From the NCBI GenBank assembly GCA_002269645.1, contig NIVC01001729.1, positions 1-55,383 of the forward strand: a stretch of 55,383 bases of DNA, in the 5' to 3' direction. Origin of the DNA: Macrostomum lignano (lineage: Eukaryota). Made by a program: the position numbers and the translations under genes. Of this stretch, positions 1 through 11,787 are shown piece after piece; within the stretch, counting starts at the first letter, position 1; every line of letters begins with the position of its first letter. Below the pieces are notes generated by a model. That model saw only the letters and a program-made list of their open reading frames with translations. It was not told the origin of the DNA and ran no database searches.

Positions 1-157
1 ACAAAATAAGAGCGTTTAAAAGTTATTAGATATTTTAATTTTAATGTTGGCTAGTAGAGTGTAGGCCTGGACTGTACGCATTTGTTTCCCGCATTGATAT
101 TCGCATTGATATTCGAATTTTAACAAAAGCAAAATACTAAAAGCAACCCGTAGCATG

Positions 158-2583
158 AAACTTTACACAGAGTAAACTGCAACCGCGAAACGACTATTGG
201 TCAAGTTTCAGCTCGATATGTAACTTTGGCTCTGAGCAGGAGCGATTTTCGATGTGTTCCATTTAAAATACATGTGATTCCAAAATTCGTATTGATATTC
301 GAGTACAGGTACTTCTGCTTCACTGATCTTGACGAAACTTTACACAGAGTAAACTGCAACCGTGAAACGACTATTGGTCAAGTTTCAGCTCGATATGTAA
401 CTTTGGCTCTGAGCAGGAGCGATTTTCGATGTGTTCCATTTAAAATACATGTGATTCCAAAATTCGTATTGATATTCGAGTACAGGTACTTCTGCTTCAC
501 TGATCTTGACGAAACTTTACACAGAGTAAACTGCAACCGTGAAACGACTATTGGTCAAGTTTCAGCTCGATATGTAACTTTGGCTCTGAGCAGGAGCGAT
601 TTTCGATGTGTTCCATTTAAAATACATGTGATTCCAAAATTCATATTGATATTCGAGTACAGGTACTTCTGCTTCACTGATCTTGACGAAACTTTACACA
701 GAGTAAACTGCAACCGTGAAACGACTATTGGTCAAGTTTCAGCTCGATATGTAACTTTGGCTCTGAGCAGGAGCGATTTTCGATGTGTTCCATTTAAAAT
801 ACATGTGATTCCAAAATTCGTATTGATATTCGAGTACAGGTACTTCTGCTTCACTGATCTTGACGAAACTTTACACAGAGTAAACTGCAACCGTGAAACG
901 ACTATTGGTCAAGTTTCAGCTCGATATGTAACTTTGGCTCTGAGCAGGAGCGATTTTCGATGTGTTCCATTTAAAATACATGTGATTCCAAAATTCGTAT
1001 TGATATTCGAGTACAGGTACTTCTGCTTCACTGATCTTGACGAAACTTTACACAGAGTAAACTGCAACCGTGAAACGACTATTGGTCAAGTTTCAGCTCG
1101 ATATGTAACTTTGGCTCTGAGTAGGAGCGATTTTCGATGTGTTCCATTTAAAATACATGTGATTCCAAAATTCGTATTGATATTCGAGTACAGGTACTTC
1201 TGCTTCACTGATCTTGACGAAACTTTACACAGAGTAAACTGCAACCGTGAAACGACTATTGGTCAAGTTTCAGCTCGATATGTAACTTTGGCTCTGAGCA
1301 GGAGCGATTTTCGATGTGTTCCATTTAAAATACATGTGATTCCAAAATTCGTATTGATATTCGAGTACAGGTACTTCTGCTTCACTGATCTTGACGAAAC
1401 TTTACACAGAGTAAACTGCAACCGTGAAACGACTATTGGTCAAGTTTCAGCTCGATATGTAACTTTGGCTCTGAGCAGGAGCGATTTTCGATGTGTTCCA
1501 TTTAAAATACATGTGATTCCAAAATTCGTATTGATATTCGAGTACAGGTACTTCTGCTTCACTGATCTTGACGAAACTTTACACAGAGTAAACTGCAACC
1601 GTGAAACGACTATTGGTCAAGTTTCAGCTCGATATGTAACTTTGGCTCTGAGCAGGAGCGATTTTCGATGTGTTCCATTTAAAATACATGTGATTCCAAA
1701 ATTCATATTGATATTCGAGTACAGGTACTTCTGCTTCACTGATCTTGACGAAACTTTACACAGAGTAAACTGCAACCGTGAAACGACTATTGGTCAAGTT
1801 TCAGCTCGATATGTAACTTTGGCTCTGAGTAGGAGCGATTTTCGATGTGTTCCATTTAAAATACATGTGATTCCAAAATTCGTATTGATATTCGAGTACA
1901 GGTACTTCTGCTTCACTGATCTTGACGAAACTTTACACAGAGTAAACTGCAACCGCGAAACGACTATTGGTCAAGTTTCAGCTCGATATGTAACTTTGGC
2001 TCTGAGCAGGAGCGATTTTCGATGTGTTCCATTTAAAATACATGTGATTCCAAAATTCGTATTGATATTCGAGTACAGGTACTTCTGCTTCACTGATCTT
2101 GACGAAACTTTACACAGAGTAAACTGCAACCGTGAAACGACTATTGGTCAAGTTTCAGCTCGATATGTAACTTTGGCTCTGAGCAGGAGCGATTTTCGAT
2201 GTGTTCCATTTAAAATACATGTGATTCCAAAATTCATATTGATATTCGAGTACAGGTACTTCTGCTTCACTGATCTTGACGAAACTTTACACAGAGTAAA
2301 CTGCAACCGTGAAACGACTATTGGTCAAGTTTCAGCTCGATATGTAACTTTGGCTCTGAGCAGGAGCGATTTTCGATGTGTTCCATTTAAAATACATGTG
2401 ATTCCAAAATTCGTATTGATATTCGAGTACAGGTACTTCTGCTTCACTGATCTTGACGAAACTTTACACAGAGTAAACTGCAACCGTGAAACGACTATTG
2501 GTCAAGTTTCAGCTCGATATGTAACTTTGGCTCTGAGCAGGAGCGATTTTCGATGTGTTCCATTTAAAATACATGTGATTCCA
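158..2583 (+). repeat. 174-bp tandem array, ~14 copies (left arm)
   Basis: The unit AAACTTTACACAGAGTAAACTGCAACCG...CTTGACG recurs every 174 bp with near identity; 58-aa periodicity in the ORF track. Confidence 0.97.
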
Positions 2584-5093
2584 AACAACAACAACAACAA
2601 CAGAGTACGCTGCCAGTTCGCAAAAGCAGCGTCAGATGGCGCGCTTCGAAGCTTGGGCGCGAACAAAGGCCGCACCGCCGGCAGAGTCCGGGGTGCCGGC
2701 GTAAGCCAGCAGACAGTCGACGTAGCGCCGAGTCCTCGCCTGTCCCCGCCGGTAGGGTGCCTGCAACGTAAGTAGCAGCACCTCCTGCACCGGCTCCGGA
2801 CAGTAGGCCTCGGTGCGGATGACGTGGCCTGCTAGCTGGAGTCGCCGACGGCGCAGCAGATCGCTAGGACGGGCCAGGCCGGCGCGATGATAGAGCGCCG
2901 TGTTGGTGACTCGCTCGTTGCCGATCTTGAAGGCGGCGCGCAGCAGGCCAGCGTGCGCCGCGTCGACTTGAGCCTCGAGCGAGTCTATCAGCGTCCAGGT
3001 CTCGGCGTTGTATAACAGGACGGTCTCGATCACCGCCTGGAACAGCGCCGCCCTCTGGCGGTCCGGTAGGGCCTCGGACTGCAGGACTGACCTTATAGAA
3101 CGAAAGGCAGCCCAGGCAAGTCCTCGGCGACGCCGCAGATCCTCGCGGACGTCGGGAACCAGACCGCCGAGGTAGACGAACTGCTGACATCTTGGAAGCT
3201 CACTCGCCTGTCCATCAGCGCCTCGGCAGAAGATTGCAGCCTCGGTGTCGTCCGGCACGCATAGCACGACGGTCTTCTGCGTGTTGACCACCAGGCCGAC
3301 GCTCGCCGCAACGGCAACCAGTCTATCCAGCTGTCGTTGGGCGCCCTCGAGGGCGAGGTCATCGGCGTAGCCAAGCACGCTGAGCCGTCTCTCCGGTTGG
3401 CGTCGACCCACGCGTCGCCGCAGCAGGAAGCCGTCGTCGTTGGAAGGCAGAGCAGTCCGTAGCACCCAGTCAAGCACCAGAATAAATAGGAACGGCGCTA
3501 GCGTATCTCCCTGGAGCACCCCGGAGGATGTCTCGAAGAAATCCGATAGGCCGTCCGGTGTTTAGACAGCAGCCGTCGTGCCGTGATATAGCGCCATGAC
3601 AGCAGAAATCAGCAGGTCTGGCACGTTGTACGCACGGAGCACCTCTGGGAGCGCGTCCCTCACGACCGAGTCGAAGGCCTTCCTGAAATCGACGAAGATC
3701 AGGATCAGGGTCAACTGGCGGATGCGCGCCTCCTCGATGACTCGCCGAAGAGCCAGGATCTGCGTCACTGTGCCGCGATGGGGCCGGAATCCGTTCTGCT
3801 CAGGCCACAGGTACGGGTCCAGCACAGTCTGTAACCGCGATAGCAGCATGCGGTTGAACAGCTTCGCGGCGCAGGACTGTAGGCAGATGCCTCGATGCTC
3901 CTCGAGCTTGGTGGTGCCCGGCTTCTTTGGAATGGCGACGATGTGCGCCGTGGTCCATTCGTTTGGCGCCACCTCACCGGAAAGCACGCGGTTCATCACT
4001 CTGGCGACCTGAGTGGCCACGCAGTGGATCCGCAGCGCCTCGGTGGGCACCTCGTCTGGACCAAGCGCTTTGCCGCCCGGCGACTGCCGAGCGAACTTCA
4101 CAACGTCGGCTGTGCTGACTGGGGCAACGTTGAAGCTCTCCTCCGCCGGCAACGGCGTCTCCGGCGGCAGCCTCAGATTTTCTGGAAGCGGAGGGGGCGG
4201 CGCGTTGACAATGGCGGCGAAGAACTCGCGCAGCTCGTTCCTGCGCTCATCCGGAATGTCGCCTGCTTGGTTGAGCGCGATGCGCCGCTTTCGCCCCGTC
4301 AGAGTGTTGATGACGGACCAGGCCACGCGCCCTCTGGCATCGGGCCCTGCGGCAGAGACGGCTTGGATGGCGTCATCGACAGCGGACTGCTGCCGCTGCA
4401 GGTAGACAGCCGCCAGAGCCTCCTCCGCCTCACGAGTTTGCCGCCCACTCAGACGGAGCCTCTCCAGATCTTCCCTCGCTTCGTCGATCGCGGGGTCGTC
4501 CTGCCAGACCGGCTGCCCGCGCTGGGCCGGTCGCATCAGCGGGACTGCTTGCTCCGCAGCGGCTCGAACTGCAGCGCTCACCTCCGCGTACTCGGCTCCT
4601 CCACGCTTGTCGCCCAGCGCAGTGACAAAGACACCGGCAAAGCGACGCCGCGTCTCGGCGTCCCTGAGCGCGCGTAGCAGCGCCGCGGTGGCCGCTTTGG
4701 CGGACGGTAGAGCGGGTCCCGAAGCGAAGGTCGCAGATGAGCAGCCGATGGTCGGACAGCAGAGCCAGCGGCGTAATGGTGCGGCAGTTGGTGACGCGGC
4801 GGCACTCACGAAAGCGCATAAGCACGTGGTCGAGCTGTGCCAGCCTCCGCGTAGCGTTCCGGCCGCGCGCGTTCCGCCGCCTCTGCTTGCAGCCGACGAA
4901 GGTCGCGAGCCTGCCCGGTGACTTGCGGAATCTGGTGTTGGCCGACACCATGTCCTGTCTCTCCAGGAAGTCCTCTAGCGCTCCGGTAATGCCGTTCTCG
5001 CGAGCTGTCACAAACAGCGATCGCTCGGACCTACGCAGAACTGCGTTCAGGTCTCCGAGAATGACCACTGTGTTACGTTGCGCCATCTCCTCC
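2584..5093 (-). mobile_element. 5'-truncated, decayed non-LTR retrotransposon (RTE-like; APE endonuclease + reverse transcriptase)
   Basis: APE motifs GDLNA, LDHVL and SDH (4430-5095 frame). RT motifs QNGFRP, FVDFRKAFDSV, LQGDTLAP, YADD and LAGH..R. Frameshift near 4700, in-frame TAA at 3562-3564, and an apparent small deletion after YADD. (GTT)n tail at ~2585-2601. No C-terminal CCHC knuckle. Confidence 0.92.
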
Positions 5094-6484
5094 ACCTGTA
5101 CTCGAATATCAATATGAATTTTGGAATCACATGTATTTTAAATGGAACACATCGAAAATCGCTCCTGCTCAGAGCCAAAGTTACATATCGAGCTGAAACT
5201 TGACCAATAGTCGTTTCACGGTTGCAGTTTACTCTGTGTAAAGTTTCGTCAAGATCAGTGAAGCAGAAGTACCTGTACTCGAATATCAATATGAATTTTG
5301 GAATCACATGTAATTTAAATAGAACACATCGAAAATCGCTCCTGCTCAGAGCCAAAGTTACATATCGAGCTGAAACTTGACCAATAGTCGTTTCACGGTT
5401 GCAGTTTACTCTGTGTAAATTTTCGTCAAGATCAGTGAAGCAGAAGTACCTGTACTCGAATATCAATATGAATTTTGGAATCACATGTATTTTAAATGGA
5501 ACACATCGAAAATCGCTCCTGCTCAGAGCCAAAGTTACATATCGAGCTGAAACTTGACCAATAGTCGTTTCACGGTTGCAGTTTACTCTGTGTAAAGTTT
5601 CGTCAAGATCAGTGAAGCAGAAGTACCTGTACTCGAATATCAATATGAATTTCGGAATCACATGTATTTTAAATGGAACACATCGAAAATCGCTCCTGCT
5701 CAGAGCCAAAGTTACATATCGAGCTGAAACTTGACCAATAGTCGTTTCACGGTTGCAGTTTACTCTGTGTAAAGTTTCGTCAAGATCAGTGAAGCAGAAG
5801 TACCTGTACTCGAATATCAATACGAATTTTGGAATCACATGTATTTTAAATGGAACACATCGAAAATCGCTCCTGCTCAGAGCCAAAGTTACATATCGAG
5901 CTGAAACTTGACCAATAGTCGTTTCACGGTTGCAGTTTACTCTGTGTAAAGTTTCGTCAAGATCAGTGAAGCAGAAGTACCTGTACTCGAATATCAATAT
6001 TAATTTTGGAATCACATGTATTTTAAATGGAACACATCGAAAATCGCTCCTGCTCAAGCCAAAGTTACATATCGAGCTGAAACTTGACCAATAGTCGTTT
6101 CACGGTTGCAGTTTACTCTGTGTAAAGTTTCGTCAAGATCAGTGAAGCAGAAGTACCTGTACTCGAATATCAATACGAATTTTGGAATCACATGTATTTT
6201 AAATGGAACACATCGAAAATCGCTCCTGCTCAGAGCCAAAGTTACATATCGAGCTGAAACTTGACCAATAGTCGTTTCACGGTTGCAGTTTACTCTGTGT
6301 AAAGTTTCGTCAAGATCAGTGAAGCAGAAGTACCTGTACTCGAATATCAATACGAATTTTGGAATCACATGTATTTTAAATGGAACACATCGAAAATCGC
6401 TCCTGCTCAGAGCCAAAGTTACATATCGAGCTGAAACTTGACCAATAGTCGTTTCGCGGTTGCAGTTTACTCTGTGTAAAGTTT
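5094..6484 (-). repeat. 174-bp tandem array, ~8 copies, inverted (right arm)
   Basis: Reverse complement of the same unit, with several private substitutions and a small deletion near 6056. Confidence 0.97.
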
Positions 6485-7979
6485 CATGCTACGGGTTGCT
6501 TTTAGTATTTTGCTTTTGTTAAAATTCGAATATCAATGCGAATATCAATGGGGAAACAAATGCGTTGGACTGTAGGCTAGGCTGTAGCCTCAACTAGTTG
6601 GTTTAATGAATATTCAAATTCAATTGTTCACGTTTAACTTTATATATTGTATATATATAGTGTATACATCTATATTTGACTTGTTGATATACTGTCAGTT
6701 TGTATTTGCACGCCAAGGTTACACGCCAAGTAAAAAACTTATACGCTGAAAATTTAGGCGTGGCTTGAGACCCCTATTTGCACGCCAACTTTGCACACCA
6801 AAATTTTAGCGTGGCTTGTGCACGCGGGAAAATTCCCGCGTGCAGGCCACCTTCCTGAGTATGAAGTGGATTCCATATTTGATTTTGTATTTTACCATTC
6901 TGCTGCTAATTCTACGTTTTACTATGCTATTCCATTCTGATTCCCCTGTGGATTCCACATTTTACCGGGTACCATATATTAGGCCTAGCAAATACAGATA
7001 ATTTGTTCAAAACTTTAGAGCAATGCTAGACCTGTGCCATGGAGGATTTAGTAAAAAAAATTCACATTTTAAGCAATTTTTGCACTTTGGATAGAAAGAC
7101 TTGGATTTAGAAAATTTTAAAATAGCCTATGTTAGATGTCACTTTCTATATATGTTCATTTTTATGCTTAGTATATCATGGCCATAAGATAAAGATAGTC
7201 TCGACTCTCTTACTAGGCCAGCCCTAGGCTTACTATAAATGTAAATTTTGAATTTTATAATTTAAGCATATTTGAATGGCAATAAGGCAGGACTACTAGC
7301 TATATAGTAACAAGCTTATTTGACTAAAGGCAAGCTAGTGCTAGCTAAATAGTAGAAAAATTTTATGGGCAATAGGCCCAGCTGGCTAGCTAGAGTTTTG
7401 GCACCACAACACAACTCATTTTCTAAGTTCTAATGGCTATGGATCTGGCAGTGCTATATAGAACTTAAAAAATATTTTAAAAGATTAAAAAGACTAGGCC
7501 TAATAAGAATATGGCTTATATCTATTTAAAATTCAACATTAAAAGTATCTCCTTTCAAATCTTGAGACTCATCATCTAGTCTTAAATCTTATCTAGAACA
7601 AAGTCTCAATTTCTGCCACTTATAGAAAAACTATACTCCAGAAGGCATAGATCATGCTGAAAAATTCTGGCATGCATTTAGTTTAGCCTAAAATTGTAGC
7701 ATGCATTGGCATATATTTGGGTATTGTATGCCAAAAGTGGCATGTTGGCATGCTATGGCATAGAAATAGCAGGCATAATAATAGTGAGGCATATTTTTTA
7801 AGACAAAAGTTCATGAAAAGACTTTGTATTGTGAAATGAAGACAAGAATTCATACTTATTTTTATTGCAAAATAACAAGTAAATTTTATTGTGCCAAAAA
7901 AAGTTATTTACTTAGTATATTTATTATTTGCATGCTACAATAGTTTTAAAAAATGTTGAAGACTCAATAACATGATCTA

Positions 7980-8151
7980 CATACATGTGCAAATTTGGGA
8001 ATCACCCGGCCATTTCTATTGGCAACATACACATGTAAGTCGCTATTGGCTGAGAGCAGTCACGTGACTACTATTCCGTCCAATAGCAACTTACATGTGT
8101 GTGTTGCCAATAGAAATGGCCGGGTGAATCCCAACGTTGCGCCCAAGCATG
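7980..8151. mobile_element. Palindromic MITE (hAT-like), copy 1
   Basis: CATACATG...AAGCATG ends, long internal palindrome centred on CACGTG, 8-bp TSD ATGATCTA (7972-7979 / 8152-8159). Confidence 0.88.
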
Positions 8152-9119
8152 ATGATCTAGACTATAGTAGAAAAACAATATTGAAGAATGTTCCTAATAT
8201 TATAATAGCCTTGCCAGATCTATAGCTATTAGAAAATGAGTTCTAGTGCCAGAACTCTAGCCAGTGCCATTATTTTTACTAGTATAGCTATATGGGCTAA
8301 ATAAACACTGTTATTTATACTAAACTATATAATTTTTTAATATATAGCCTCCAAGCTAAAATATAAATTTTCACATTTGAAGCTAGCTAGGACCAATCTC
8401 AAATGGGATTAGCCTAAGTCTAAGAAGCATAGCATAATAATCTATAAAGTACTACTACTGACAGTAGGCACAAGCGCTATAAATAGGCCATGAAAGATGA
8501 GGCCCCTACTGCAAGTCCCTAAAGTAGAGTAGAAATGTTTGTATTTTGATTGATTTTAATGCAATGAAATAGTTTCTCCTATATTAGATATATATTACCT
8601 TGTATGCTTATGACTATGTTCTAATAAATATAAAATGCTAGTACTAGTCATAATGATTATATTGGCTATTGAATGCTTAAAAATCTAGCTCTTTTACTTT
8701 GAGTAGACTAGTGTAGTGAAAGTCCTTTTACTTGTCAATATTAATTATTATATATAGCTAGAAGTAAATTTTATTAAAAGTAGTTTTGCAAATAAATAGG
8801 AGCCTAACTTTGCAATGCAATTACATATATTAGAAGCCTGCTTAGACCTGAAAGCCATATTTAATTTGGTAATTGTGATTTTGGTTTTAACATTTTACTG
8901 TAAGCATAGCCTTGCAACTTAGTATATAAAACGAGTCCATTACTAAAATTTGTTTGAATGAAGGGCTATTGCTATGCTTCCAGATTTATACTTCTACACA
9001 CATTTAAAGTACACTATTATGTGCCAGTGCATAACAACTTTTTAATGCATTTCAATGTCTTGTTTATATTCATGTAACAACCAACTGTCCAGCCAACCAG
9101 ACAGAGCCCAGTCATCTCC

Positions 9120-9461
9120 ATGGCAACCAGAGCTGGTGGTGATGCCACCTACTCGGTGAATGACAAGGCTAAGCCAGGCTTCATTCGGGTCTCCTTTGAC
9201 CTGCCAGGTCTGAAGAAGGGCCTGCTAGATGGCAGCAAAAATGCCAAGAAGACTAGCAATTCAACCCTGAATGTGTCAATCGCGCCTGGCTCAGCTCACT
9301 TTGGCAGCGTGTCAATCAAAGGCCAGACGAAAGGTCACGTGATTGAGTACCAGCTACGCGCTGATCCCTCCGAGCTGCTCGGCGCGTGGCTTGGCTCCCC
9401 GCCCAGCTACTATGAGGTTGAGCAGGGAGTCCTGAGGGTCTTTCTCAAGCTAGCTGATTGA
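9120..9461 (+). CDS. GC-richer 113-aa ORF or exon, weak HSP20/CS-like beta-sandwich resemblance
   Basis: An open GC-richer island in AT-rich DNA with an ATG in CCATGG context. FIRVSFDLPGLKK resembles the small-heat-shock 'DLPG' strand. No other support. Confidence 0.35.
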   Translation: MATRAGGDATYSVNDKAKPGFIRVSFDLPGLKKGLLDGSKNAKKTSNSTLNVSIAPGSAHFGSVSIKGQTKGHVIEYQLRADPSELLGAWLGSPPSYYEVEQGVLRVFLKLAD

Positions 9462-9980
9462 TTGGATTTTTAATGATAGGATGTGCAATTGTGTCTTTGA
9501 AATTAGCAGTTAGAAATTGCAAGCTAGCTAGACATTTATTGACCATATTCGTCGCTAGTAGATTTATGTTATTATTTCTGCTATTAAGCGTCCATGAATA
9601 TTATTGTATTTGTCATGCTTATCGGTTTATTAAAATATAAAGTTATTTTACTATGATCTATATTTATAAAATTTTGTTTGTCTGCTGTTTTGCCGCTAAT
9701 AAAAATCAGTTGTTGCTGTATAATCGGCAAGTGATTTGCTTTTGTTTATTTATCCCAAACAAGCAAGGCTCGCTTCCACCGCCATGCCATCAGATGCAGT
9801 CAGGTCAGATTTTGTGTGATTTCGCAGAATTTCTAAATTGAAGTTCAAGATTTATTTCTACATTTAGTCGTGTGATTTGATGGCAGTGTGAATCAACTTT
9901 TAATGTGTCGCTTTCACTAGCTGGCAATTTGACAGCAGGATAAATTTGTTCAAGTTGTGAGCTAGGGGAAGCGCCTGTAG

Positions 9981-10795
9981 CAGCGGTCGGCAAACCTTTT
10001 TTACCTCAAGGGTTAGATTAAGACAGGTGAGAGAGGAAAGGAGAGGGGAGCGGCTGGAGAGGAGCTCGAGGGAGACGCTAGAGAAGAGGGAGACGCTAGA
10101 GAAGAGGAGGAGGCTAGAGAAGAGGGAGACGCTAGAGAAGAGGGAGACGCTAGAGAAGAGGAGGAGGCTAGAGAAGAGGGAGACGCTAGAGAAGAGTGGA
10201 AGGCTAGAGAAGAGGGAGACGCTAGAGAAGAGGGAGACGCTAGAGAAGAGTGGAAGGCTAGAGAAGAGTGGAAGGCTAGATAAGAGGGAGACGCTAGAGA
10301 AGAGGGAGACGCTAGAGAAGAGTGGAAGGCTAGAGAAGAGGGAGACGCTAGAGAAGAGTGGAAGGCTAGAGAAGAGGGAGACGCTAGAGAAGAGGGAGAC
10401 TCTAGAGAAGAGGGGAGGCTAGGGAAGAGTGGAGATGCTAGATAAAAAACGAAGGCTAGTGAGGCTAGTGAGGCGGGAGAAAAAAAGAGGAGACTATAGA
10501 ACGGAAAAGGGGGCGAGGTGAGAGAGAAAAGCGGTGGGGAGAGGCGATAGAGAAGAGAGGTGAGGGTACAGAAATGAGAGAAGACAATACAACATGTAAG
10601 AGGATAAGTAAGATGGGAAATGAAATTAAAGCAGAGAATTGTGAAGAGAGAGAAAAGAAAGAAGCTGATGAGATGGATCAGAGAAGAGCTAAGAAGAGAC
10701 ACGTCAAACCTTGAGCGAGCGAATTGCTATTGTGGAGTTTCAATAAAGTACCCGAGGGCCGGATAGAGAGGCTTCGTGGGCCGCATGTGGTCTAT
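9981..10795. mobile_element. Possible hAT-like non-autonomous element with internal GA-rich minisatellite; right end truncated
   Basis: The left end CAGCGGTCGGCAAAC and the right subterminal GAGGGCCGGAT...GGGCCGCATGTGG resemble common hAT MITE ends. No right TIR or TSD found. Confidence 0.4.
10027..10470 (+). repeat. 18-bp purine-rich minisatellite (GAGAAGAGGGAGACGCTA variants)
   Basis: Direct tandem units visible in the sequence. Confidence 0.9.
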
Positions 10796-11608
10796 AGCAA
10801 CTCCTAATCAAGGACTTCTAGACTAGCAGGACGTAAAACTCAAAGATCGTGTAAATTTTTAGGAGGACGATTTCCTGGAAAAAATACACTGCGGAGATAG
10901 GAGCAAATCATTTTTTCATCACAAAATCAATGATTGCATTTGATCTAAGGCAGCTAAGATAACCATTCTTTTTATTTAGCACGCACAACATGTTACTCTA
11001 TTATATTTTAATGTAGTTGTGTCTTGAAAGTTTCATCTTCATATTATTTTCTTTTTATTTCATAAGCCCCAAGTTGCAAAATACTCACAAGTGGCATTAG
11101 CCGAACTTTGTATTTTTCCTTTTTAAAATCAAGTATATTTGCAATAAAAATGCTGCATTACGGTACTATTAAGCCATTATTGTAGGTATAATTCCATTTC
11201 AATGTAGTAACTATACTAATAGACCTGTCTATGTAGTTAAATATATAAGGACAATATTTACAATATGCCCCCACCATTTTCATTTTTCTTGTTTTACCTA
11301 GGCCTCAAGTCTTTAGAAAGCTATCAGTTTTTACCTGAAAGCCAGACAGAAAAAAATGGTTAGGGCCTAGGCCTAGTCACAAAAATGGGCACTAACCTTT
11401 TTTCTAGGTTTTTACACTTTTAATTAGGCTTAGATTTTTAATTTTTTATTGCAAATTTGAATACACTATACTATATAAACTAGGCCTAGCACCCAGCTGG
11501 TTTAGGTTTACCTTCCTTGAATTATATATTTTGTTGAATATAATACCTTTAAAATTGCAATTTTAGTTTGTAATGGTATATTTCATATCATATTTGAATC
11601 ATAGGCCT

Positions 11609-11787
11609 CATACATGCGCAACCTTGGGAATCACTCGGCCATTTCTATTGGCAACACAGAACACACACATGTAAGTTGCTATTGGATGGAATAGTAGTCA
11701 CGTGATTGCTCTCAGCCAATAGCAACTTATATATGTGTGTTGCCAATAGAAATGGCCGGGTGAATCCCTAGGTTGCACCCAAGCATG
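11609..11787. mobile_element. Palindromic MITE, copy 2 (core inverted)
   Basis: Same family as 7980-8151; TSD ATAGGCCT (11601-11608 / 11788-11795). Confidence 0.9.

Larger units (their letters stand above)
76..6565. mobile_element. Foldback-type DNA element: long inverted arms built of 174-bp tandem repeats, 8-bp TSD
   Basis: The left end ACGCATTTGTTTCCC (76) is the reverse complement of the right end GGGAAACAAATGCGT (6565). An ~82-bp unique terminal segment is shared in inverted orientation. TGGACTGT flanks both ends (68-75 and 6566-6573). The arms are tandem arrays in opposite orientation. Confidence 0.9.

Noticed and set aside
226-2775. 849-aa ORF of 58-aa repeats (and its 336-aa and 120-aa mirror ORFs at 5047-6416)
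   Set aside because: It starts at TTG and arises because a 174-bp unit is a multiple of 3 with one stop-free frame. There is no domain, and the right arm is frameshifted.
3596-4677. Plus-strand ORFs overlapping the LINE and the GC-rich exons elsewhere
   Set aside because: Shadow frames of GC-rich coding sequence on the opposite strand.
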